Source of the DNA: Selaginella moellendorffii
Taxonomy: Eukaryota; Plantae; Lycopodiophyta
Assembly (NCBI RefSeq): GCF_000143415.4
Contig: NW_003314317.1
Location: 726,296-790,295 of the forward strand
Direction of reading: 5' to 3'
Length of the DNA stretch: 64,000 nt
Shown: positions 34,915-47,759 of the stretch, piece by piece
Layout: each line of letters opens with the position of its first letter
Numbering within the stretch: position 1 is the stretch's first letter
Notes under the pieces: model-generated
The model's database searches: none
Told to the model about the DNA's origin: nothing
The model's input: the letters and a program-made list of their open reading frames with translations, nothing else
Program-made: the position numbers and the translations under genes

Positions 34915-36276
34915 TGAAAGAGCGAAGGAATCGCGGCGGAGGAAAGAGCTCTCTCTCTCTCTCTCTTTCTCTCCCGGCGGATTGTGTTTATCCCAGACAG
35001 CCACTCTCTGGGAAGACAACCGGGTATGTTTCTATCAAGCAATCAATCAGCTTGTCATCAAACTCTATAATTTTTCTTCTTGCGCAGGAAAGAGAGAAAG
35101 CGAAGATGAAGAACAGAGAAAAGAAAAAGAAAGAGAGGCCTCCCTCGAGAGAAACTGTGCTCGATGGGGGCATGTCCGAACTAGGTCAACACGTCAACAC
35201 GCCAAACTACCACCTTTTCTTCTTTTTCTCATGAGCGAATTAGGTCAACACGTTAATCTGCCACCTTTTTCTCCGTTCAAAGCTAATGATGGTCTCTCAT
35301 TCAACACGACATTGGTCTCTGCTTTTAGTTTCTCTACGTCAAAACAAACGAATCATCAACCATAACAAACACAGTATAAACAGATCAACAGATTCATCCC
35401 ACAATGCATGCATGATCAGCGAGCCTGGTAAGAAGTAACCAGGCCGGGAATATCCGGGTTGACTTTTTACCACCCCTCCCCCTCTTCACCCCAGCCTACC
35501 CGCTCGCGCCACGTGTCCTGCGGCAGGGCGGCTCCCAGTGTTCTTTCGTTGCTTTTAGGAAGGCCTGAAAATGCGACAGCGACAGCGACAGCGCGTCGAT
35601 GTTGCAGGTGTCCAATTACGAAGGTATTTCCCTCCGGCTCCTCCCCTTGTGTGGAGAAAGTTACCTTGAGTAATAAATTGGCATTATTTTTTTACATTTT
35701 ATCCCTGTTTTTCTCTGGCTGTTAACGTGTCGTCGCAGTCGTTGTTGCGCTGTTAACATCCCACATATCCCGAGCTTGATAGCATGTCGCCTTAGGCACG
35801 TTTGAACAGAGGCATCCAGGCCTTTTTGTTCTTCCCCCACACACCAGCTCTTAACCTCGATTTGATTCCTCGATTCCTTTTCTTTGTCCCCGAAAGAGTT
35901 TAGCTGCGTTGTAAAAGCTTAGGGGATTTCACACCACCCACTGGTACAACAATGCGGGCAGCTGGCCAGCCAAGCCAAAAGAAAGGAGAGAGCGAAAAAA
36001 GCGAAAGCCAAAAAAAAAGGGTTTTACTGATGTTGAGGCCTCAATTCAATGCCCTGATGTCAACATTCCTGGGAGACCTTTACCTACAATTCTACAAGGT
36101 TAGAATATGCCACTGGTTGGAATTACGCATATTCCCCCCTCCCCCGCCACCCCCACATTTGCTGAAAAGAACGCACAGGACCACGACGAAAGCAGCGTAT
36201 ACAAACACTCTTCATGGTATGATCTTGACAAAAAATGACAATATGGCCCAATCCAGCTGCATACGGCCATTGTTTA

Positions 36277-36616
36277 CCGTACCCCTCCCGCGCCTGGGCC
36301 ACAGGTGTGGCCGTACCGACCGTACATGATTATGGTGGAGCATCATTGTCACATTGGACTGTGAATACCGTGTACCAGCCCATGGGAAGAAATGGGCCTA
36401 TGGGTTAGCACTGTTTTTTTACCCGGTGGTAGTACTTAGAGGTAAAAATTGCCACCACATCCAGATTAGGTGGCAATGTGGCATGCATCTGCATCATCAC
36501 AGTACGGTACAAACCTGGGGACAAAGCTTTTCCATTCCTCGGCGCGTACGGACAGATTTGGCCCCTGCATCCCTGTCGCTTTCCCGGGGCATATTTGCAT
36601 ACTAGGAAGGCCGTAC
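36277..36616. promoter_or_regulatory. Cluster of CCGTAC/GTACGG (SBP/SPL-type) motifs upstream of GAMYB
   Basis: Six hexamers at 36277, 36311, 36320, 36502, 36546 and 36611, plus extra GTAC cores at 36372, 36432 and 36507. Confidence 0.55.
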
Positions 36617-37182
36617 ACACCTATATGGCGCCACACACGTCAGCCCCAATCGATTTGGCGCGCCCCCGGCCAAAATTTTAAATGTCCTGTGGTGGTGAGC
36701 TTAAATGCCTAATAACGGAATGGTTAATTAGCCAAGGGTGTGGTGAGTGGCGGAAGAAAGGCCAATTTTTTTTGTCCGGTCCCAAAAATGCTGGAATTAT
36801 GTCGCCAGAGGGAATGTAGTATAAGACAGGCCAGGGGGGGAGGGCCATGATTGGTTTGGGCCATGTGGAGAAATGGTCTGATACGGCAATGCACGGACAG
36901 GCCATGGCACATACATGTGGATGTATACACATGAATAGCATAGCACATGAGCGAATGAAACAGTGGAAAGAAAGAAGCTTCTTATTAGTTCTTCTTCCTT
37001 CTCTCTTCGCTACTTCTTCTTTCTCTCAATTATGATGCGCTCTAGCTGACCTAAATTTCGGGGCGCCGGGCATTCTAGAGTAGCAATGTGCGCGATTCTC
37101 TTGATCGTCTCGAGCGGCAGTGGCGGCATCGATCGGCAGCAGCAGTAGCGCGCACACCGATCGATCGATCGGCGCCAGGGAA

Positions 37183-39556
37183 ATGGAGAGCGGCAGTGAG
37201 GATCACTCCGACGGGGGAGCGCCGTGCTCGGCCGCGACGGCGGCGCTCAAGAAGGGACCGTGGACGTCGGCCGAGGACTCGATTCTCGTCGCCTACGTCC
37301 AGAAGCACGGCGAGGGGAACTGGAACAACGTCCAGAAGCAGTCGGGGCTGTATCGCTGCGGCAAGAGCTGCCGGCTGCGCTGGGCGAATCACCTCCGGCC
37401 CAATCTCAAGAAAGGCGCCTTCACGCCCGAGGAGGAGCGGCTCATCATCGAGCTCCACGCCAAGCTCGGCAACAAATGGGCTCGCATGGCCACTCAGGTG
37501 AGCGATCTTCCACAATCCCTGGCTTCTTGATCGATCGCTTCCTCGCTCGCCAAGAAATCTTTCTTGAAATACCGATGCTCATGGCGTGTTCTTTGCCCGA
37601 GGAATTCCTGGCTGTGTGGAGTATTTCTTTCACTTCATTGCGTTGCTTGCGTTCGCTGAGATCTTCTCGCAGTGTAAATTTCTAGCTGCGATGTTCTTGT
37701 TCTTCTTCGTGCCTTCCATCCTCGAGCTCTATCTTCTCCAGTTTTGTTTGGAAAAATAAGAGTTTTTTCTTGTCTTAATTTTTTGTTCTTGGCTACTTCC
37801 AGTTGCCAGGACGCACTGACAACGAGATCAAGAATTACTGGAACACCCGGATCAAGCGTCGGCAGCGAGCAGGGCTCCCGGTCTATCCTCCAGACATCCA
37901 AGCTGCCATCAACAGCTCCAACTCATCGACCAACCACATTAACGCTTCCAACACCGTTCCAAGCTCGTTCTATGGAGGATTCAACCTCTTGGGAAGCAAA
38001 CTCGTGGAGAATTCCGACAAGCCAAGGTCCGAATTCCATGGCCTCACCTTGCAAGCTTTGCAGCAGCAAGGAATGGGCTCGAGCCATCCTCGAGCTCTCA
38101 CCGCGGCGCTCATCGCGGCAGCAGCAGCATCCTCGTCAAGCTCCGCCGCCACCGAGCATTGCGAAGCACTGGGCTGGTCGAGTGCACACCCGGGATTCGA
38201 GCACCACAACCTTCCACACCATCTCAGCGGCAGCTCGCTCTTCTTGCAACAAGATCACGAGGGCGAAGTTTATCACGTTGGCAGCAGCGCTGGACGCCAG
38301 CACCATGGCTTCTACCTCACCGGAACCTCGGCCTCCAACGCCGCCAACGAGATGGATCACGGCGGCGGAGGAGCTGCTCATGGTCACGATGGGTCTTCTT
38401 TTATCAACACCATCAATACTTCGTGCTCCAGGCCTCTTCCTCTGGTGATGCCAGTGGTGGATCACCATGACCAAGGCCTGAAGCTGGAGCTCCCTTCAAG
38501 CCAATTGTCCACGGAGTCGGCGGACTCGGCCATCACTACGCCTGGCTCTGTGATCAATAGCAGTCCAAATCGTTTCAAAGTCAGTACCACCTCACAGCAG
38601 CAGCAGCAGCAGCAGCAGCAGCATCATGGCTGCGAGAGCTTGAGCTTAAGTTTGCTGGAGGCATACAACAAGCTCAAGGCCGAGCAAAGCGGCCAGCCTC
38701 CGCAGCAGCAGCAGCAGCCATTTCCGGCACAAGCGATGCACCACTTCTTCAACCTCCAGCAACAAATGCGTAAGTTTGTGGAGCTTTGGCTTTACTTGCT
38801 TCTCTCTGAGCTAACAAATGCTTGTGGCCTCCTTCAGAGAATGCTGTGAAGCCACACGACGACGCAACACCGCAGCACGGCTTGCCGTCCCAGCAGCACA
38901 CTCATTACACTCCTGGCCACGGGGAAGCAATTTCCACTCTGATTCAAGAGTATGGCCGTGCCGATGATCACCCCGCTGCAGCCAGTGATGGTGGAGCTGC
39001 CGCTGCCGGTCTCGTAAGCGTTGATGCGGCCACCGCCAGCGCCGAGTGGTACCAACTTGGGCCGTCGCCTCCTCATCAAGCAGACATGTACAACATGGAC
39101 GAGCAGGCAGCAATTGCAGCAGTCAGCAGTCTCCAGCAGCACAACAGCTTGCAAGGCGATCATTCAAGTGGCCCCGGGAAGAGCAACGACAACAGCAGCA
39201 GCGGCAGCTTCATGGATCCGGGAACAGGAGTCTACCATCACATCGCTCCATCGGATTTCCTGGGGAGTTTTACGGGGCAGCAGCAGCAGCCGGAGCAGCA
39301 GGAGAGTCAAGTCTCTCATCTTCACCGTCACGACGGCCACCATCAACAGCATCAGCATCAGCATCACCAGGAGGTTCATGGCTCGTTTACCGAGACCAGT
39401 CATGAAGTTCCAGCATCTTGGGAACTGAGTTCGTGCTGCTCGTGGAACAACATGCCGGGTGCCTGCCAAATCGGGGACTATGGCCAGACTCTCGGGGATT
39501 GCCGCTCGGTGAATTGTCTCCCGGAACAGATCCACGATCCGTGTGCTATCTACTGA
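37183..39556 (+). CDS. GAMYB: GAMYB-like R2R3-MYB transcription factor (3 exons: 37183-37497, 37803-38769, 38838-39556)
   Basis: R2R3 repeats, Box1 QRAGLPVYP, Box2 LKLELPSSQ, Box3 WNNMPGAC; poly-Q (CAG)n tract. Confidence 0.95.
38485..38505 (+). promoter_or_regulatory. miR159/miR319 target site in GAMYB
   Basis: TGGAGCTCCCTTCAAGCCAAT within Box2, matching the conserved GAMYB miR159 site. Confidence 0.85.
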
Positions 39557-41051
39557 GCCCAGCTACCAACAGGAAAAAAAAAAGAAAAAAAGAAAGCAAC
39601 TACAAAGAACAACAGGATTAAAAACCAGGATTCCAGCAGCAGCGGCAGCAGCAGTCATGTTTTCCGGGATCCTCGCACTTTGTTTCGAGATGATGCCTTC
39701 CTCCTCTCCAAGGTTTGTGGATCTCACTTTTGTTGGCGCAAAGTTTCTAACGCACAAACTTTTCGATTCCTCCTTCCAGGAACGTCGTCGTCGTCATCGT
39801 CGCAAAGTGTGCCAGGAATTCTCCAAAGCCTCGGGGTGAAAGGATTTACGTGACACACTGCTACTACATGTAAGTTTTTCCATAGCTTCATACACAGTGC
39901 TGGGAGGAAGGAAAAAGATTCCATGGCGAAGATTTAGCTCGAGGGAGGCTTCGCTAAAAACTTTTCTTTTCGCGGGATCTCAGGCAAGTCTCGATCGCCA
40001 TCTTTCTACTTTCTCTCATCACATAATTGACGCGAAGAACACCAACGTTTTCTCTTCTCCCTCTCTCCTCTCTTTCCTTGCGTGACAGTGTTTTGCGGTC
40101 GATCGATCGACTGACTTATAATATGTACTCGAATTCGTGAATGGAAGATTTGGTTCTTACAAAAAGCTTGTATCTCATCGTTTTGATTGTTCTGGCTCTT
40201 ACACACAGCGCTCGGCAAGAAACGCGTGAGCTCTTCTCCTTTTGCAAAGTGCTGTCCCTCGGATCGTAAACAAATGAGAAGATCCAATGGCTGATCCAAC
40301 CGGCCACCATGCACGCTCGACGTGCTCTTCACCTCCATCGCTACTGCGTCGCGAGAAAAACTCTATAAAAAAAACTCTTCTTTTTTCTCGCGCGCGCGCT
40401 TTAATGACCCTTGGTCGATCGTTCGGGAGCTGCTGCTGCTAGCTAGCTAGCGTTGAATCGCGTCTTAAAACTTTTAGAGTCCATAAGTTTTGTGTTCGTT
40501 GGGGGGAAGGGACTTTACTTTCACCATAACGGTAAAAGTTTGAAGAGTATATCTCCTGTATCAGTATCGTATCCGCTCGTAAGAAATATATAGCCATCCC
40601 AGGAAAGCTCTCGATTCTCGACGATCGGATAGCCTACTTGCATTCAACCGGCGGTTAGTCCTCGAAGAAGAAAAAGAATGAAAGAGAGAATTCCTTCCAA
40701 CCACGAAGAAAGGAGAAAAGAGAGAACCTCTGGCGAAGAATTCGAGGAGCTTGATCGAATTTTCGTCTTACCTACATGCGTTGTGTGAGAGTGTATGTTC
40801 ACGATAAGGTACAAAAGTCGAAAGAAAAATGGTACCTGTATAGTGCGGTGGACTTCGTCGCTGCCCGCTAAACTCGCAAGAACTTCCAAGAACAACAAGA
40901 CAAAGCTCGAGCGAGCTACTCTCTGGCTGCTTCCGCGCGGATTAATTACTATACACTGCACCGCACAAGAAAAGTTAGCAGACAAAAGAACCAAAATCTT
41001 AATTTCTTTCTTGCCTCGATTGCAAGTCCGTGGCCAAGCAAAACTCTCGAC

Positions 41052-42110
41052 TCACGATGCCGCTGCTGGAAACGTCGTTGCCGCTGATTCCCTTTCCTGG
41101 ATTTCCCGGGCCATCTTTGCTCGACACCACTGCTTGTAGTCAGCGAGGAGCCCGTCGAGCAACGCAAACTCCATGGCGCCAAGTATTTGGTCCAGTATCC
41201 CGTCGCCTACAGGAAGAACGATGGCCTCGGGCATGAGTGAGAAAGGCAACGGCAAGTCACAGTCGAGCCCCAGCGAAACGGAGCCGTGGAAGCGACCGGC
41301 AGCATTGCTCGCGTTGCTTGCGATGGACGACTGCGCACCAAGATCACCCCCGAGCGAAAACTGTAGATTTATGTCGTCGTTCATGCCGGGTGGCAGTCCG
41401 ATGAATTCGAGCACCAGCTTGTCCGATTCCAGCACCAAAGTCTTGGTTGATTCCCGGTAGAACACCCTGCGAGAAACGCAAACGTAAAAAAGATGGCGAA
41501 GTTAGCACTTCTACAGGAAAGACAAGTCGAAACAAAACAAAGTTCTCTAGAATGGATCACGAAGAGCTGTCCAAACTCCCTCTACGTCATCGAGACGATC
41601 ATAGATCACTAGCTAGAAACACTGCGAGCTCTTCTAGATCGACACTCAAGTAAGTTTCCTTTGTCACTCACAGTTTCCTTGTCACTTATCTAGCTCGGAG
41701 AAACAAAGAGAAACATTCCAAGCGAGCTAGAAGAGCTACAAGGCTCTCTCAAAGGTAGCGTCCGGGAAATCTTACCTGAGGTAGCAGACTGGTGTTGCCG
41801 ACACGCTAAAGAAAGTGACGGGCCGGAGTCGCGAGCGCCAGGTGCTGTTGCCCACAAATTCAATCCTCGAGCTGTCCGGGAACGCCACTCGGACGATGCG
41901 ATCCACCTCCTTGACGTAATCCTGCGCTGGGAATCCAAGCCCCCGATAGGGAATGCTCACCGCTCTCTTCGCTCTAAATCCCACCATTTGACACCGCGCA
42001 TTTCCAATCTGACTCCCCGCTCTAGCCCTTACTGCAACCATCGGCATCGAGAGATCCCCCATTCGCGCGGGAGGCGCCGAGAACGCCGAGCAAGAAGCCA
42101 CATTCGCCAT
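41052..42110 (-). CDS. DUF1997-family protein, probably plastid-targeted (2 exons)
   Basis: Transit-peptide-like N-terminus; DYVKEVDRIV..FPD...TWRSRL..VTFF..SATP; LPLPFSLMPE...GDGILDQIL...LLADYKQW. Confidence 0.75.
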
Positions 42111-42277
42111 GGCCACGATAAACCCTAAGAACAGAGAAGTGACACGCTAAGGGGTTTTACAAAGTGGTGTCCGCGTTGGCAAGAAAAGATCTGCCACGCA
42201 AGCACACACCAATAAAGTGATGTCCGCGTGGTTATAGACGTGGCGAGCCGTACGAGCCACGTCGGCGGATCATAGTC

Positions 42278-44252
42278 TCACGATACGGGGAAGTCGCCCG
42301 TGAGCTTGATATGATCCAAAGTTCTGGGAAGTCCAAACTGGACGACGGCGCTCTGCCCGATCCGGAAGCCATCGCCGTAGGCCGGGGAAGGGTCCATTGC
42401 GATCTGGTGCATCACAAACTCGCGCAGCTTGCTCGTGTCGAATTGGTGTGGCGCCGGCTTGGCAGCGCCGTGAGAGGAGCTGCTCGACGATCCAATCTGC
42501 GACTCCAGCCAAGTGTGCGCCATCACCTGGCAAATGCCTTCTTCCACCACCGGATTCAAATGGCTCGGGTATCCTGGAACGTTTCCACAAGCTTTGAGTG
42601 AGTTTTGCAAACTTTGAGCTTGCGAAGAACTTTACCGTTCAGTCGGAGCCATGCGTGCATTAGTTCGTGCGCGAGAATGGATCCTGTCAGCAATCTAATT
42701 GTCGATCGGAGGAAACTTTTAGACATCGATATGGTTTGTGTAGCAAAAACAATATTGTTTTTGCTTACCTGGGGAGTCCATACAGCACCAGAATGGCAGT
42801 CACCTCACAGTTTCTTCTGAGCTTCATCGACTCCGTTCTCATCTCTCCAAAAAACCCCCGGCTCCTCGGTCTTCTAAACACCTGCAAGCATTTCATGAGT
42901 CTAGCTCTAGCAAAACTTCCACTTACAGAGGTAACAGTTTGCTCTTCGGATAGAGTCAATCCGCGAGTCTCGGTGAGGTGATGTCCCTACAAGAACACAA
43001 ATTTTCTTAGCAAAAGGAGAGAAAGAACTAAAGCAAAGGAAAGAAAGCCGAGAATCTACTAACATTACTTTCGTGTGCACGAGCCTCATTGAGTGCTTGC
43101 CTTTCAACAAGAAGCATCGGTATCTGTTGAGTTATCTTCATGTTCATGCCCTCGTAGAAGTTGATAATCTCCTGGTACAGAGGCTGCCCTTCGTTTGTGT
43201 CCATAACGGCAGAATCCATGCATTCCAAACACAGCTTTCGACCATCGTCTAGAACTACGTACTTGTTGTTTTTCGTCTTCAAGAAAACATCGCAAAGTGA
43301 GAACAACGCAGATCGATTCATGTTTGCTTACCTCCAAACGCTCGCAGCTACAACAACGGGGCGTGTTGTCATCTTCATGTGAAGGACAGTATCGTTGCCC
43401 CCAAAAAGGATGAACTCTATACTCTATCAGGCCAGAATAATTTGGCGGTATCTGAAGAACAAAAACCAACATAAATGCACGAACAAGATACTTTGTCGAG
43501 ACGCCCTTACAAATAAGTTGCAGACATCACACCGAGGATGAAACAGTTCCTTGTAGCAATCTTTGTGATAAGGATCGTTTCCAGACACCGAGAACTGCAT
43601 AAAAGATCACCTGCTTATACAATCCGAGAAACCAACAACGTAAAACCAAGACCATACCTCAGAACCCGAAATCGGTTTGTTGCACGACGTGCATCTAAAG
43701 CATTCCGGATGCCACAAACCTCCCATGCAGCTTAGAAAACGTCCAGGTCCGATGGTCTTTTTACATCGTGCGCACACATGAGCTCCAGAAAACCTGCGAG
43801 GCATTTAGACGAAGAGACCCTCGCAAAGATTTGTAACACAGAAAGCTACCTGCGTGTTCGTCCATCGCCACCGAATGGGAAGCCAGAAGAGAAGCCAGAG
43901 GAGAAGCCAGAGGGGCCTTCACTGATGAAACTTTCCTGCAAAGCTCTCGCCAATGCCTCGTCGTTGTCTGTGGCGCCTTTGTCTCTTGCCGCAGGCTTGT
44001 CGTCTGGAAAGGCAAAAACCTCGTCACCAGTGAAACCAAAAAACTTCAATCTAAACATTTACCATAGTGATCGCTGAGTGACAAAGCTATGGCTCGATCC
44101 AGCTCCTCGTCCGCCTAGAACACGCATACTTTGTCTAGAATTCTTGTTTCTTACACGAAGGAAAGAAGCACAAGTACCTCGGAGGACGAATTATGGGAGA
44201 TTTCATGAACCTTCTGGTGCAATGGCTTGAAAATCTTATCAAACCACTTCAT
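42278..44252 (-). CDS. DA1: DA1/DAR-family LIM-domain ubiquitin-activated peptidase, multi-exon
   Basis: MKWFDKIFK start, [17 protein letters not shown] domain, [43 protein letters not shown]. Confidence 0.93.
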
Positions 44253-45399
44253 TGTGGAGAGCTCGTCCCAAAATCTAAAACCCTGGCAATCCATGAACAG
44301 TCCGCCACATTTAGATCACAGTGGCAAACAGGGAAACCTCCAATCTCACCTCGATATGGCGGAAGCCTAGAAGCGATCGATCGATGAGCGCTGGAATGAG
44401 AATCCTCGCGATCGGCTGCTGGAAATCTGGAGCTCCCGCGCCGTGACGCGATCACAGACCCGACTAGGCATTCCTAATGCGCTTCGCCTTCCGCGGCATT
44501 TCCTCGCTACTACGACCTACAAACAAAATAAAAAATATAAGAAAGAAAATTTAACTTCAGATGAAATGGACGCATCGCAGCCGTTCGATCTATGCATCGC
44601 TCGATCACGTTTAGGTGTAACGAATATACCAAGAATATCAAGGTATATTCTGATTTAAATCTTAAATTTGTTTATAATTAAAGTTTATTCGCTAAATTTT
44701 TAGTGTAAATAATTTGTTTGGTTTGTTTATTTATTTTCTTACTAAAAGATGTTTGCTTTGAAATTAATCTTTACTCTTGCTTACCTTTGATGGAAATCCT
44801 AGGCATAACTCTAATGTATTAACAAATAACTAGAGATTGATCATTAAATCAAAATTAAAGAATTAATGAACTTACCTTTGTAAGGATAAAAACGTTTTTC
44901 CACTTGAATTTAAAAGACTCAGGATGTCATATTTTTAGTATTTGTTCTAAATCTATGCATAGCAAGTCACTCTTACGTGAAGCATATTTTATGTCTTGAA
45001 TTGATTGTAGGTGATGATTCATAAGTACTAGAAGTTGAAGAGTTCTTACCTTTTCATGGCACAATCTTCATTCTCAAACAAGCTATTTAAGAAGTTGAAG
45101 GTGCGAGGTAATAGGATGAATTCCCAGCACCAGTGGCGTTAGCAGCAATATGATAATGATGATGATCCTCACTGAGAGAGGAGTTCAGAAACGCGTCCTA
45201 CTACTTTATCCTAGTATAGTCCTGGTAACCACCGTCCAAAATCCAAGGTCTTCTAGATCTTAGCCAGAAACATCAGAGTTGACCAAGTGTGCTCTTGTTC
45301 TTGAGAACCATCACCAAAATACAACCAAGATACTATAATATACTTGGATGTGTGACCAGCCCTCATAATTATTGTATTGATAGCCCCATTCTAATATTA

Positions 45400-47490
45400 T
45401 AATGTACAAAATTATATTTTGATTGCTTTTATGGAAAACCAACACCTTCAAGAGCAGCTGATGGCATCTGAAGCTTGGTTCCCAAAAACACCAATGTCAG
45501 GGCCATTAACACCACCATCCAAGCCTTTTCACCAGCTCCAATTCCCAGAACTGCGGAAAAACAAGGCCCCTCCCCAACAGAACTAGATGGTACTTATAAC
45601 ACTTCCTCAATATGGACTAGCTCATGCAAATTACTTACCAATGTTACTATCTCATCCTGGATTCATGCACAGCCAACATATGATCAACAAAACTCTCAGT
45701 CAACAAGCCACACTCCAGCTCATTCAAAAGGTGGTGAAAGTCCAAAGCATGCCTTGCAAAAGAAAAACAAAGACAAAAGGTGTAACGTCAACAGAAGACA
45801 AGCTACATCTCCTTCCAAATGATCAATTAATACAATCAGATAGGCTAATAGAATCAGAGGGCTAGGAATCCTCTCAGGATACCATAATCCAGCAGCATCT
45901 AAAGGAGTTTGACTAGGCTCATCTGCATCCAACTCAGGCCTCACAAGCAGCTCTAACACCAGCAATGACAGTGTTAGCCTCTTAACAAAGAGAAAGCAAT
46001 ACCCCACTCTAAGGCTAAGTTTCACAGGCTATCTCAAATGCCAAACTTTAACACCATGGGATAGATTTCTGTTCATGATGTTTAGTTAACAGCTGAAAAT
46101 TGGATTGAAATTAATTACATATGTACCCCTCATTCTGGTAACTTTTCTATTTCTAACCATTCTGCAGTATGCCCAGCCACACACAATCCATCTCGGCTAT
46201 TGGAATCTACAGGGCCGGAAGGCCCAAAGTACTCATGAGATGGCCCGTGTATGATGTTGCAGCATTTGGTGAAACCTGGGAAGCATGAGGAGGCTCACCT
46301 GCCAAAGTTTGCTCTCTTCTTGGCCTAGGAGTCATTACAACCCAGACAACACAGAGGATCCAGAGGCATTGCAGTCTATGCACAGCTTCTGGAAATAGAT
46401 CCAGATGGCCACTACATAACGTTAAGGTTGGGGCTTCAGCCCAAAAGGATGTCAGATCTTATGTTATTTTCCTCCCAGTTGGATCCGTCAGCAGCCAGAG
46501 CCTTATGTCCCTCTCATGACCAAGCTTCCTGACTGGAGACATAATGCCAAAGTGGTGATCCTCAGGGATATGAATGCCCGCACTGGGAGTTCACAAGTTA
46601 CACTCTGAGACGAAGAGGGAAACCTTGTGCCACACTTCACATGCCAGGATGAGATGGAGGAAAACAACTCATTGAGGCATGCTCTACACACGACTCGATT
46701 ACCCTCAATGGTACATTACCATGTGGGGTGGTATACATGTCAGAAAAGTTGAGGGAATAATACCATTGATTACACACTCATAGACCACACCTTGGTACCT
46801 GAGGTGATAAACTTTCATCTCCAATACATGCCTGACCTGGAACAGTGGATCATTGCCCACTGGGAGTATCCTTGAGGATACTGCCTATCACAACTGCTCC
46901 AAGAGAATTCCCCACCTCCATCACATAGAAATTGGTGGTACAACAGTAGCTCAATTCACCTTTCCACAACACTCCACTCAATAACACCCTTGGGATGAAG
47001 AATGCCAGGAATGCCAAGAATGGCATCTGTTAAACAAGTAAAAAGCAAAACATGAAGCACTTGATGCCCGAAAGGTGCACTAAGCTTAAGATATGAGCTT
47101 TTCTAGCCAGGGAGAATGCAAACAATGACAACTCCAAACAGCATCAACCATTGCCTAAAAACTTTTCCAAAAGCCTACATGGACATCTAGGTGGCATACC
47201 TTCGTTATCTCTACAGTCCTACTGCTCCACCAATTGTCCATGAATGGGACGGAAGCAACCTTGATTTCACTATTGAAGAGCTGGCCTGAGCCATTGAAAA
47301 TCTTCCACTACGCAAAAGTCCAGATGTTCATGGTCTAACAGTCAAGCTTCTCCAAGCATGTGTTCTAGCACAGAGTATCTTTGATGACATCCTTTGCAAC
47401 GGATTTCTGAAACAAGGGATTATGAATCTCATAGTGCCTATCATAAGAGTGGAGACGTTGCTTCCCATGAAATACTGTACCATACAACAT
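45400..47490 (+). mobile_element. Degenerate LINE (non-LTR) remnant
   Basis: AP-endonuclease motifs VILRDMNARTG (46555) and NTIDY (46760). Pre-RT motif FTIEELA*AIENLPLRKSPDVHGL (47266) and LIVPI. Many stops; left boundary approximate. Confidence 0.7.
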
Positions 47491-47759
47491 ACAACTAGTC
47501 ACACAGCTTTTCTTATGTTTGGTGTTACAACTAGGAGAAGATTCTTTCTGTTTTATTTCTTTTATACGTCCTTAGTATTTGCGTAGAATTTTATTTTTAC
47601 CGGTTTGGCAATGATCCTGTGTCAAGCGCGGCACTCGGAGCTCAGCTTCATACCGACAAGAAGAATTCTTTCTTTGTGCTTCAAGGAGGAAGTAGAGGAA
47701 AAATCTTGTTGATTCTTCTCTTTTCCTTCCCCTAAAAAACAAAACATTGGCGTTCGTTT

